From the human T2T-CHM13v2.0 reference genome, Homo sapiens: 64,000 nt of DNA. The translations under genes and the position numbers were made by a program. Position 1 is the first letter of the stretch. Every line of letters begins with the position of its first letter. The notes beneath the pieces were generated by a model. That model was not told the origin of the DNA and did no database searches. It worked only from the letters and a program-made list of their open reading frames with translations. This document shows positions 12,199 to 24,653 of the stretch, in pieces. Location of the stretch: assembly GCF_009914755.1 (NCBI RefSeq), contig NC_060936.1; one strand, 5' to 3'.

Positions 12199-15127
12199 AA
12201 ACCTGCCTATCACACCTTTAAAAATACCTTGTACAATTGTGGTTAAGTCATAACTTAATTAAGCCTTGTTGGTTTCACCTGTGAGGTTATTTTTTGTAAA
12301 ATTCAAAAGCCAAAAATCTTAACTGCTTGGCGTGGCTAAAGTCAAGTAACAAGGGATTTAAAAGGATTTTCTTAAAGAATGCTTAGCTTAATTAAGAGTG
12401 GATATTCATGTTATAGGCATATTTAAAAGGCCTTTATGTTTTTCTCTTCTTGGATCTTGTTTTTCTGGAAAAAGTCTCTTCTCAGTTGACTGAATTATTT
12501 TTCTCCATTTTTTGTCTTATCACTCTTAATGCATGCATAAGAGGCCCTAAAGTAACTTCTGGTAGTATGGGACTCCTGGAGAAAAACAGAGGAGATGCAA
12601 CAGACTCCAGACCCTGATTTGGGAAAAAAACCTCTGTTTTCCTCACGAAAACCCAGGAATTAAAAGGAGATAGATCCCTCTCAAAATCAAAGGCTCTGTT
12701 CTGTTTTGCATTGTGTTATCTGACAGTTTTCAGTTTTGGGGGTATCAGAAATTACTTCGCATTATGAGAGAGCTTTGGTGTGTAATAACTAGGTAGAAAA
12801 TACACTGTAAGGGATGGCTAATAGTAGTTATAAATCAGAGAAGCATGTTCTTGGCCATCTGGAAAATAGGGAAACATCCCCACCCATGACTGGGAGATGA
12901 GAGTCCCATCAGGGATGGGCTGATTACAAAATAAGCCAATTAACTTTGGGTTGCCTTGCAATGAAATCCATGGTAAAGGCACTATACTGTCCTCTCCCAT
13001 AGTATCTATATGGTCTTTTCATAAATTGAGCATTGAAATAAAAGCATAGCAAGGAGGGCTTTAAGACATTAATCTGCCCTTCAGTACAAGGGTTATAAAA
13101 GGTTTGTAAAGATTTCACCTCATCGTCAAATTGATTAAAATAAAAAGAAATGATCTATAAGGTTTCATTTAAACAAACTGGGGTTAACATTAATAAACTA
13201 ATGCGAGGGTAAAATTTGGCTTTGAACAGGATTTTCATGTCATAGTAAAGGCTAATGAAAGGTTTTTGCCTTTTGAGTAATCATTTTGGCAAAATAATTT
13301 ATGGCAATCTGGAAATTGTCCTTCCTGATGCCTGGCTTTTTAGATGGATCAGAGTGTCCCTGAAACATTTAAAAAAGAAATAAACAGGATTATTTGACAT
13401 ATTTAGTCACGTGAGATTGCCAAAATGATGTTCAGTCTTCTTTAAGTTATATTTTGGTGAATAATACTAATATATGTTCAAATATTGTATGGAATTTCTA
13501 AAATTCTAATGTCTAAGTATACGCTATCAATCATAATTAAGGGTAAAGTTATTGTAAACCACGGAGATAAACAAACTTCTTTGTCAGTCATGTTTTTAAC
13601 TGTTAACTATCCTGGAAATGTTGCCATTCACAGACAATTGTTGTCTTGCTTTGTACCTTCTCAAAAGATGGTTTATAATCAAGCCATATTAAGGACTTTA
13701 ACAGGTGTTCTCAAATGCAGGTTTTTAATAGCTTTGAAGATTGTAACACTGGAATAGAGAAAGAATGTACAGGACTCCTAAAGAACTGACATGTTCACAA
13801 ATATCAAGCAAAACAAGAGTTAACTAAGTGGACTCTACTCAAAAAGTTTAAGCAACCTTTTCAACTTTTCTTGGAATATTGCTGATCCTTATTTTGTTTT
13901 TCAGAGTCAAGGAAACTTATTTTAAACTATTTATGGCCTTTAATAATTGAGTAAGGTATACTACTGTGAATAAAATTTGGGGCATGTTCAATTTTTCTCT
14001 GCCTGGTTCCTCTAAAATTTGGAGACTACCTGTAAGTACTCTTAACCTATGGCAATATACTTGATCCCAACAGTGCAATAAGAATCCATTTTTCTTTGTC
14101 AACAGGACACAATTGGAAAAACTGGTTATTTTACCAAGGCTTTAACTGAAACGGTGTGTTTCCCTTTAAGGAATCAAGCTTGACATGCAAAGCCAATAAA
14201 AGCCCCTTGGGGAAAACCGGCCTCATACCTTGTCTACACAGTCCCCACACAGGATTCCTAACCTGTGGTCAGTAAAGAGTGTCACTTTCTAACAGGTCTG
14301 GGAGCTCTGAGTTTATCTTGGGACCTCCAGAGGAGAGGATTACTCAGCTCACAGGTACTAGAGAATACAAACCCATGGTTGGGCTCAGCTTTAAAGGCCT
14401 TATCTGAGATTCCTTGTGAAACAGAGTTTCATCAAAGCCAATCCAAAAGGCCTATGTAAAAATAACCATTCTTGCTGCACTTTATGCAAATAATCAGGCC
14501 AAGTATAAAACTGAAGTTTATTCATAATTAGTTTTTACCAAAAATGGGACCGGAGAGAAAAAATTTGCTTCAAAGCTTATCATACGTTTGTCATTAAATC
14601 CTAGTCATTAATTGTTTTTAAGCTGCTTGCCTGCATTTTAGACTAACCCTGCTTATTCCTGTGAATCAAGTGGCGATCTCCTGAAGCTTGGAAGAAACAA
14701 GAAGGAATGGGTAACGTAAATATCTGGATCAATATACTAGTTCTGGCAATTATCTTGCAAACTCTGCCAGGTAATGAAAGTGAATAGGGTGCCCATAACC
14801 CAAAGATTTATTTTTTTAGGAAAATAAAACCAAGAAACTTCATAGACCCCCTGCAAAGGAAAATTCTATATCTTGGCAAGTAAATTTTTAAATGGAAATT
14901 ATTTACTACACCACACTTGTGGGAATTGTTATACTCACTCGACTATTTGCAATAGGGTTATACACGGTAGCACCTTCTAACTAAAATATTGGACAGAGAG
15001 TTTCCATTGCTGTCATATTTTGCTTAATTATTAACCTTATAACCGGGATAATAGTTACTAACAAAAATGAAGCATAAAAGTTTTACTATCATTAAGTCTG
15101 CCAGGACTTTTTATTGAATTTACTGAG

Positions 15128-15499
15128 GCACTTTTAAATGATACATGCTGCTTTTGGATTAACACCTCCAGTAAAGTAAAGGAAAATCTACAAGTACTTA
15201 AAAATCAAATCAAAATTATTAACTGGCTCAGGGAAAATGCCGACTCCAGCCCTGGGTGGCTACAATCCCTCTTTAATGAATTCCAGTCTTCTTTATGGAA
15301 TTGGTTAGTCACTTTATTAAGCCCTCTCTTGCTTATATGTCTTGTATTAATATTTAGACCTTGTATACTCAATACTGTAACTTGAATTGTTTCTTCTCGC
15401 CTAGAAGCAATCAAACTCCAAATGGTGCCGCAAACTGAACCACACATGGACATGCCATTCTTCCAAGGACCCTTAAATCAACCCCAGGAGGAGCCCTAG
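15128..15499 (+). pseudogene. ERV env transmembrane-subunit remnant
   Basis: ALLNDTCCFWINTSSKVKENL...WNWLVTLLSPLLLICLVLIFRPCILNTVT*IVSSRLEAIKLQMV...GPLNQPQEEP*; partial CX6CC motif, TM helix and cytoplasmic tail; one internal stop. Confidence 0.85.
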
Positions 15500-15604
15500 C
15501 TGCTGTTCCCCATTTGACACCCCTTTTCAGCAGGAAGTAGCCAGAAAGAGTCATCGCCCAAAACCCCCTAACAGCAGTCAGTGTGGCATCTCCACAGGGA
15601 GGAA

Positions 15605-16153
15605 TGTTGTAAGAGTTAATAAGAAATTTTTAAGAAATTATTTTAGGCAGATAGAAAAAGCGGTCTTGGGAAGTTTTCATTTTTTAAAGCATCTCCGGAA
15701 AGGTTTCTTGTAAAGCCCCGGCTCTTAGAGCCAGGCCAGCAACCTTTAATATGCAAATGCCAGCTGTTAGAAACTGGGTCCACCCAACATGGAGATTCCC
15801 ACGGCCTTCTTGCCCTTGCCCCACATGTTCCTGACAACATGGCTTCCCTCACGTATCCCCACGTGTGGAGAACATCATGGCGCCCTCCATTTGCAATATT
15901 AAAAGGTTAGGGTGAAAGGGCCAGCTTTTTCACCTGCTATGTGAATGACATGCCTAGTCAAACCAATCCCCTGAGCCGTATGAAAAACAGACACCACCTC
16001 CTCCAGCCTCTGCATATGGGCAATGGTAGGTGGGGTTCTGTCTGTCGGCTTTGGAGCCCCCAACCCTCTGTCTCTGTACAGGGGAGCTTCTTATTTTTTC
16101 TTCCCCCTTCTTTCTTTCTTTCTTGCCTATTAAACTCCCTGCTCCTTAAAACT
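15605..16153 (+). promoter_or_regulatory. 3' LTR U3-R with octamer motif
   Basis: Starts TG after PPT; ATGCAAAT at 15751-15758, CCAAT near 15963, poly(A) signal ATTAAA 16129-16134. Confidence 0.8.
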
Positions 16154-16266
16154 AAAAAAGAAAAGAAAGAAAGAAATGCTATGCTACTGATTTTTGTATG
16201 TTGATTTCATATCCTGCAACTTTACTGAATGTGTTTACCAGTTCTAATAGTTTCTTCATGGAGTCC

Positions 16267-16335
16267 TTTTTTTTTTTTTTTTGAGATAGGGTCTCGCTAG
16301 TGTCACCCAGGCTGGAGTACAGTGGCCCAATCTCG
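16267..16335 (-). mobile_element. Short Alu 3' fragment with poly(A) tail
   Basis: T-run then gagatagggtctcgctagtgtcacccaggctggagtacagtggc, joined directly to L1 5'UTR-like sequence. Confidence 0.8.
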
Positions 16336-17717
16336 TCTGGTAGGGCAGGGTCCTTTCCTTCAAGGTAGCAGGTTCCCTTCTGGCCCAGAGTGTGTCTAGA
16401 AATGTCATCTGGGAGCTAGGACCTGGAAAAGGGGCTTCATGATTCTGACCAGTGCCCTACCCTTCTGTGGCTGAGCTGGTATCAAAGATGCAAAATAAAG
16501 TCCTCCCCACTTTTCCCTCTCCTCTTCTCAAACAGGAGAATGTCTCTTGGAGCTCTGAGCTGTGCAGACTGGACTTAGGGGAGGAGTAATGCCAGCACTC
16601 CTTTGGCTGCCCCAGCTAGTGTCTCAGTATGTCACATGTAACCCCAGTCCACTGTCTCTGGGCCAAGTGCTCTAGGACTTGCCTAAGAGCTGCAGTCCTT
16701 ATGGTCTAGACTGCCTTTCAGGTTTACTTAGAGAGTGGGGGCACTTTGGCCCTCAGTGGCAAGGTTTGTGGGAACTCAAGTCCAGAGGGATCTGTGATGT
16801 CCCTCTGGCTAGAGCTGGTTTAAATGCTCTGTCTGTGGGTAGACATCAAGTGAGTTTGGTCTAACAGGACAGCACTGAGTTCAATGCCTTACAATTGCTA
16901 TTTCAAGAAAATTTTCAATTTCCTATTTAATTTCTCCATTGACCCACTGGTAATTCAGGAGCATACTGTTTAATTTCCACGTATTTGTATAGTTTCCAAC
17001 ATTCCTCTTGTTATTGATCTTTAGTTTTATTCCATTGTAATCAGAGAAGATGCTAGATAATTCAACTTTTTTAATGCTTTAAGACTTGTTTTGTGACCTA
17101 ACATATGATCTATCCTTGAGAATGATTCATGCGCTGAGGAAAAGAATGTTTATTCTGCAGCTGTTGAAGGAAATGTTCTGTAAATATCTGTTAAGTTTGA
17201 TGCTTCTTTTTTGATTTTCTGTCTCGAAGATCTGTTCAATGCTGAAAGTGAAGTATTGATGTCTCCAGCTATTATTATATTCAGGTCTATCTCTCTCTTC
17301 AGCTGTAATAATATTTGCTTTACATATCTGGGTGCTCCATTGTTGGGTAAATATATATTTACAATTACATCCTCTTGCTGAACTGACCGCTTTATCATTA
17401 TATAGTAGCCTTTTTTGTCAATAGTTTTGGTCTTGAATCTATTTTGTCTGATATGAGTATAGCTACTCCTTCTTTTGTTTGATTTCCATTGGCATGGGAT
17501 ATCTTTTTCTATCCTTTTATTTTCAGTCTATGTGTGTCTTTATAGGTGAAGTGTGTTTCTTGTAGGCAACACATCATTGGGCATTGTTTTTTCATCCATT
17601 CAGCCAGTCTATGTCTTTTGATTGGAGAGTTTAGTCCATTCACATTCAATGTTATTATTGATAAGTAAGGACTTACTCCTGCCTTTGATTATTTGTTTTC
17701 TGGTTGTTTTTTGTACT

Positions 17718-17718
<1 letters not shown>

Positions 17719-17785
<67 letters not shown>

Positions 17786-17810
17786 TTTCTTTCTTTCTTT
17801 CTTTCTTTCT
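17719..17810. repeat. (TTTC)n microsatellite
   Basis: About 20 near-perfect TTTC units within the L1. Confidence 0.95.
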
Positions 17811-19675
17811 GCCTTTTGTCCTTTCTTCCTTTTAGTGATGGTGATTTTTGTCTGGTGATGTGACTTAATTTCTTTCTTTTTATTTTTTGTGTATTCATTG
17901 TATATTTCTTTGTTTAAGGTTACCACAAGGCTTGCAAATACTATTTTGTAACACATGATTTTAAACTGATAACAACTTAACCCTGTTGGTATAAGCAAAC
18001 AAACAAGAAAAAGAAAACTACTAAAGGCTCTACTCTTTAAGTTTGTCCCCCAACTTTTTAACTATTGTTGTTTCTATTTATAGCTTACCATACTACCTGT
18101 GTCTTGAAAAGTTGTTGTAGTTATTATTTTTGATTTGTTCATTGTTTAGTCTTTCTACTTGAGATAAAAGTAGTTTTCAAACCACAGTTACAGTGTTATT
18201 ATATTCTGTGTTTTACTGCGTGCTTTTGTATTACCAGTGAGTTTTCTACCTTCAGAGGATTTCTTAATGCTCATTAACATCCTTTTATTTGTCATTGAAG
18301 TACTCCCTTCAGCATTTCTTGTAGGACAGGTCTGGTGTTGATGAAATCCCTCAGCTTTTGTTTGTCTTGGAAAGTCTTTATTTCTCCTTCATGTTTGAAG
18401 GATATTTTTGCCAGATATACTATTCTGGGTTAAAATTTTTTTTCTTCCAGTACTTTAAATGTGTCATGCCACTCTCTCCTGGCCTATAAGGTTTCCAATG
18501 AAGAGTCTGCTGCCAGATATAGTGGAGCTCCATTGTATATTATTTGTTTCTTTTCTCTTGCTGCTTTTAGGATTATTTCCTTATTCTTGACTTTTGGGAG
18601 TTTGATTATTAAATGCCTTGAGGTAGTATCCTCTGGGTTAAATCTGCCTGGTGTTTGATAACCTTCTTGTTCTTGGAAATTGATGTCTTTCTCTGGGTTT
18701 GGGAAGATCTCTGTTATTATGTCTTTGAATAAACTTTCAGCCCTTATCTCTTTTTCTACCCCTTTTTACAAGCAATTACTCTTAGATTTGCTCTTTTGAG
18801 TCTACTTTCCAGATTCTGAAGGCATACTTCATTCTTCCTATTGTTTTTTTCTTTTATCTCCTTTGACTGTGTATTTTAAAATATCCTGTCTTCGAGCTCA
18901 TGGATTCTTTCTCCTGCTTGATCAATTCTGCTATTAAAAAGAATCTGATCCATTCTTCAATACGCCAATTACATTTTTATGCTCCAGAATTCTGCTTGAT
19001 TCTTTTTAATTATTTCAATCTCTTTGTTAAATTTGTCTGATAAAATTCTGAATTCCTTCTCTGTGTTATCTTGAATTTCTTTGAGTTTCCTCAACACAGC
19101 TATTTTGAATTCTCTGCTGAAACATCGGATATCCTATTTCTCCAGAATTGGTCCCGGGTTCTAATAAAATTTATCTATCATATTTGTCTGATAAAATTTT
19201 TCTGGTAGAATTCTGAATCCCTTTTGTGTTATGTTTAATTTCTTTTAGTTTCCACAACACAGCTATTTTGAATTCTCTATCTGAAAGGTAAAATATCTCT
19301 GTTTCTCCAGAATTGGTCCCTGGTTCTTTATTTAGTTTATTTGGTGAGGTCATGTTTTCCTGGATGGTCTTAAAACTTGTAGATATTTGTCTGTGTCTGA
19401 GCATCAAAGTGTCAGGGATTTATTGTAGTCTTCTCATTCTGGGCTTGTTTATATTCATCCTTCTTGGGAAGTCTTTCCAGATGTTTGAAATGATGTGGGT
19501 ATTGTGATCTAAGCTGAATCTGTGTTAAGGGGCACCACACGCCATTTAATATTGTGCTTCTTTGCAGACTCACAGAGGTACTGCCTTGATGGTCTTGGAA
19601 AGGTCCAGAAGATTTCCCTGGATTACCAGGCAGAGACTCTCATTCTCTTCCCTTACTTTCTCCCAAACAAACAGA

Positions 19676-19706
<31 letters not shown>

Positions 19707-21417
19707 CTCTGTTCTGAGCCAACTGGAGCTGGGGGTGGAGTGATACAAGCTCTCCTGTGGGCACTGATACCGGAACTGTGCTGGGTCAGATCTAAAGCCA
19801 GCACAGCACTGGGTCTCACCCAAGGCCTGCTGTAACCACTCCCTGGCTATCACTTGCAAGCTCTACAATCAGCAAGTGGCAAAGCCATCTAGGTCTGTGT
19901 CCATCCTTTCATGATGGCAATCTTTTTCAGGACCTGGGTGAGTCCAGAGCTGCCATCTTGGAGCCAGGAACTAGAGTCAAAAACCTTAGAAGTCTACCAG
20001 GTATTCTATTGTACTGAGGCTAAGCTGGCACTCATATCACAAGATGCAGTCCTTCCCACTCTTCTCTCCCTTTCCAAAGTCAGAGGAGCCTCACACCATG
20101 GCCACTACCACCACAGGCCCACAAGAAGTACTACCAGACTACCACTGATGTTCCCTTAAGGCCCAAGGGCTCATAAGTCAGCTTATGGTGAATGCTGCCT
20201 GGCCTGGGACTCACCCTTCAAGACAGTGGGCTCCCTTCTGACCCAGGGCAGGTCCAGAAATGTCATCCAAGAGCCAAGTCTTGGAGTCATGGAACCCAAG
20301 AGCCCACCTGGTGCCCTAACCTTCTGTGGCCAAGCCAGTACATAAGGTGCAAGACAAAGTCTCCTTTACTTTTGCCTCCATTTTTCTCAAGCTGTAACCA
20401 GGGGAGGAATTTCATCATGTAACCACTACATCTGGGAATGTGCTGAGTCTCACCTGAGGCCAGCGAGTCTCAGAGTCTCACCCCCCTGACGTAGTACCTG
20501 GGTATTGCTGCTGGTTATTCAGGGCCCAACGGCTCTTCACTTAGCAGTTGATGAATCCTTTGAAGGACTAGATCTTTCCCTTCAAAGCAGCAGTTTCCCT
20601 TCTGGTGCAGCATGTATCTAGAAATGTCATCCAGAAGCTGGGGCCTGGAAAGGGGGGCCTCACGACTCTGGCTGGTGCCCTATCCTGCTGTAGCTGAGCT
20701 GGTATCCAACATGCAAGACATAGTCTTCCCCACTCTTCCCTCTCTTCTCCTTAAGGAGAGGGAAGGAGTCTTGAAGCCATGAGCTGTGCAGCCTGAGGTT
20801 AGGGGAGGGGTGAGGCCAGCACTCTCTTGGTTGCCCCCGCCAGTGTCTCAGTAGGTCACATGTCCCCCCATTCCACTGGCTCTGGGCCCAGTTCCACATT
20901 AGGACTCAGCTAGGAGTTCAGGTGAGTCCTTTCAATCTTTTCAAATTGCCTTTCATGATTATTTAGGTCCCAAGAGCACTTTAGCTCACAGTGGCAAGGT
21001 TTGTGGGCACTCAAGTTCAGACCGCTGGTATCTGCCATTCCCCTCTGGCTAGGGCTGATTGGAATGCTCTCTCTGTGGGTGGGCATCAGCTGAATTTGGT
21101 CCAGTTTTGTTTTCTGCTATAATAGGGCAGCACTGAATCAATCCCTTTCTCAAGTGCACAGAAATGCTCTCCGCACCATGCCACCACTATCAGAGAATGG
21201 GGAAAGAGTGGTGTTGGTGATTGAAGACTGTTTTTCCTACCTCTTCAGTACCTCTTTCAGTTATGTGAAGTTAAAGCCAGATACTGTGAGTGCTCACCTG
21301 ATTTTTTGTTCTTATGAAGGTGCTTTTTTTGTGTAGATAGTTGTTAAATTGGTGTCCTTGTTGGGGGGAGACAATCGGTGGAGCTTCTATTCTGCCGTCT
21401 TGCTCCACTCCCCTCCC

Positions 21418-21695
21418 CTAACTCTTTATTTTTCAGTTTCTATGTCACAACCTTAAGAAAGTCCTTCCTTGAATTCCCTCTCTATAGTCACTTTCTACTT
21501 GCGTCAATCTGTTTGTTTATTCTGTAATACTTACCAGATTTTTTAAACTTACTTGTTTATTGTTTACCAGCTCCCTCCCACCATCTTCACTAGAAGGGTC
21601 ATTCTCTGTCTTGTTCATTTCTGTGTCTCCAACTCCTAGAGAAATATTTGACATACAGTGGGCACTCAATAAATATTTCTTAAATTAAATGAAAT
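21418..21695 (+). mobile_element. L2 3' end (continuation of 7250-7451)
   Basis: tgtcttgttcatttctgtgtctcc...gtgggcactcaataaatatttcttaaattaaatgaa, the L2 terminus. Confidence 0.75.
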
Positions 21696-22889
21696 ACAAA
21701 GCATAACTTTTTAAGTATCTGTTTCTTTATCTATATATTGGATACAACATCTGTATGAGAATCAAGAAAATAGTCATGAGAACCTTCTATTACAGCACCA
21801 TTACAAATGTATAATTACAGTCATACATAAAATATTAGAAGTAGAGGATTGCTAAGTTCTTCAACAGTTACCTCCCGGGCTGTGAGTTCTTTGAGGTCAG
21901 GAACTATGTCTATTCCCCTTATCACTGTTTACTTCATGCTTAGCCTAGTGTCTGCCATGTAAGTAAATATTTGTAGAATGAACAAATGAGTCAATCAATG
22001 AGCATATCATCTCTCTGCCTCCAGAGAGACTTTCATCTACGTGGAATAAGTTTAGTTGTAGTCCTTCACAAAGAATTACATCAATAGAATTGTCTTCTAT
22101 TCTTCATTTACTCAGTCATAAGAATTATTGAGTACCTACTATGTGCCAGGCACTGTGCCAGGTGCTGAGGATACAATGATAAAAACCCACAAACCAACAA
22201 TGTCCCTGCTCTCATGGGACCTCATAGTGTTTTTGCTATACTCCTTAATCATTTCTACTTGTATAAAATTGTGATTGAAAGATGCTTCCACTCTTTCATT
22301 GTTATGGGATTTAATTTTTTATGTTTGTAAATATATGGCCAGTTTCCATAGACTGCTACATTGGCAATGAAAACAAGTTTTATTCTGTATTCTCCATGCA
22401 TATAGCTCATTTTATATATATAAAATATCTACCTTATGAATTAACATAATTCTTTCATATCTAAACATATTTTTTCCCACTTACCCTGTCATGGATGGAG
22501 GGAAGTGAAGAGTCCTAAAAGTAGTATATTTCTATCTTTCCTTCTATTTATATAATACCTGCTTTTGGACTGATGAAACTCCTTTTATTCAATGCATAAC
22601 TATTCCAGCTTATTTTAATTTTGTAATCTGGAAGTTTTAGCACTATAAAGCATCCTTCTTTGTCTTATTTAATGATTTTGACTTGACTTCATTCTAAACT
22701 GATATTAACATTATGACCTTTGCTTTCTGTTCATATTTGCCTTTGTTCACGACTTTATATATGAGCACTTTGAATCTATTTGTTTTAGGTGAGCCTGTAT
22801 CATACAGGATAGAGTGAGATTTGCTTTCTGCTATGATATGACATATATATGGCCTCATTTTCCTCACAGTTTTATTTTAAATTGATAGT

Positions 22890-23355
22890 TTGTGTCAGAA
22901 GCCAAGATGGAATTAGACATGCAAAAGGTTTTGGGGATTAATGACTGACAGATAATGAAGAGAAGGAGCAAGAGTAGGCAGGAAAAGCCTTCAGACCATG
23001 GTATGGGTCTGAAACTTGAGAAGAGGGAGGGGAAGGAAAGGATAGTTGGGTTGGGTAGGAAGATCCTCTGACTGCAGTGCAGCTCTGAAAAAGTCATGGC
23101 CAACCTTACAGGGAGCTCCAGAACAAAGACTGTGCATTAGAGAAGCCTCACATTGGGCACAGACGTGGCCTTAATATCCCTGCCCTGCTAAGCACTGGTG
23201 GAGTTGCAGGAGAGAACATGTCCTTGTCGTCAACGCTGCAGCACATCCTGAAAGTATGTAGGTAACTAAACGCAGGCCTGTAGCTAACTGCATGCTGCCT
23301 GCCAATCTCACTCTTGGAGGAGTATTTGAGTGAAAAATTGCCATGGCTACCACAC
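22890..23355. mobile_element. Old ERVL-type LTR (LTR16-like)
   Basis: gcaagagtaggcaggaaaagccttcagaccatggtatgggtctga resembles the LTR16 family. Confidence 0.5.
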
Positions 23356-23826
23356 ACATTTTATAATATTTTTATTCAAGTATAATTTACATGCAGAAAT
23401 GCACAGATCTTAACTGTGTACAGCGTAACAAGTTTTGACAAATTAATAAATCCATTTATCCCATCTCAAGGTACCAAACATTTCTTTCACACGAAAAATT
23501 CCCTGTGGCCCTTGGATCAAATCAAACCTCCTTCCCTCTGCACACTGGCTTCTTCTCCCCCCTACAAACTGAGGCAACCATTGATCTGATTTTTATTACC
23601 ATAGTTTATTTTGCCTGCTTTGAACTTCATATAAATGGAATCATAGTACATGTTCTGTTTTGCTTCTGGCTTCTCTTATGTAACATAATGTTTTTAATAT
23701 GCATGCATGCAGCGTGATCAGTAGCTTAAAATTGTTTTTTATTCCATTATGTAACTATACCATCACTTGTTTATCCATGTTCCTTTTGTGGACATTTGGG
23801 TTGCTTCCAGTTGTTGACTATTATAA

Positions 23827-24159
<333 letters not shown>

Positions 24160-24309
24160 AGTTACCATGAACATTTTTTATCCTTCTTTTGTGTAGACAT
24201 GTATTTTCATTAATCTTTGGTAAATACCTAGTTTGGAATTACTGAATCATATTGTAAGTGTATGTGAAATTTATGAGAAAATGACAAACAATTTTCCAAA
24301 TCATTGTTC

Positions 24310-24653
24310 CAGGGGTTCCCAGCTCCCGGGCCACAGACTGGTACCCACTGGTACTGGCACTGGACTGTTAGGAACCCGGCCACATAGCCGGAGGTGAGTG
24401 GCAGGCAAGCCACCATTACCGCCTGAGCTCTTCCTCCTGTCAGATCAGCGGCAGCATTAGATTCTCATAGGGATGCAAATCCTATTGTGAACTGTGCATG
24501 CGAGTGATCTAGGTCTTGGGCTCCTAATGCCTGATGATCTGAGGTGGAACAGTTTCATCCCAAAACCATCTCCCCACATTCCCCTGCCCCGTCCATGGAA
24601 AAATTGTCATCCACGAAACCAGTTCCTGGTGCCAAAAAGGTTGGAGACGGCTG
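24310..24653. mobile_element. MER1B-like hAT-Charlie DNA transposon
   Basis: CAGGGGT...start, cagatcagcggcagcattagattctcatagg core, ...aaaaaggttggagacggctg end. Confidence 0.85.

Larger units (their letters stand above)
9418..16171 (+). mobile_element. Processed (L1-retrotransposed) non-autonomous ERV1 copy, LTR9/HUERS-P3-like
   Basis: 5' LTR lacks U3 (starts in R at 9418); PBS 9619-9636; gag and env remnants; PPT 15596-15604; 3' LTR 15605-16153 lacks U5 and ends 19 nt after ATTAAA (16129-16134) in an A-rich tail; TSD agaaatgctactga at 9404-9417 and 16172-16190 (with tgcta duplicated). Family name less certain than structure. Confidence 0.85.
7452..21417 (-). mobile_element. Near-full-length L1MA (L1MA2/3-like), interrupted and rearranged
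   Basis: L1MA-type 3'UTR at 7465; ORF2 C-terminal remnants 7817-9416 and 16191-16266; endonuclease remnant 16900-17640 (NIYLPNNGAPRYVKQILLQL...IIAGDINTSLS); ORF1 remnant ~18300-19450; 5'UTR ending in ggagcaagacggcagaatagaag; degenerate TSD ctaactctt(c/t)a(c/t)tt at 7438-7451 and 21418-21431. Confidence 0.9.

Noticed and set aside
15128-15499. env remnant as a syncytin-like captured gene
   Set aside because: Only the distal TM portion remains, with no SU, furin site or fusion peptide, an incomplete CX6CC and an internal stop
17609-17998. 129-aa Lys/Arg/Glu-rich ORF
   Set aside because: Translation of the (GAAA)n microsatellite in L1 sequence
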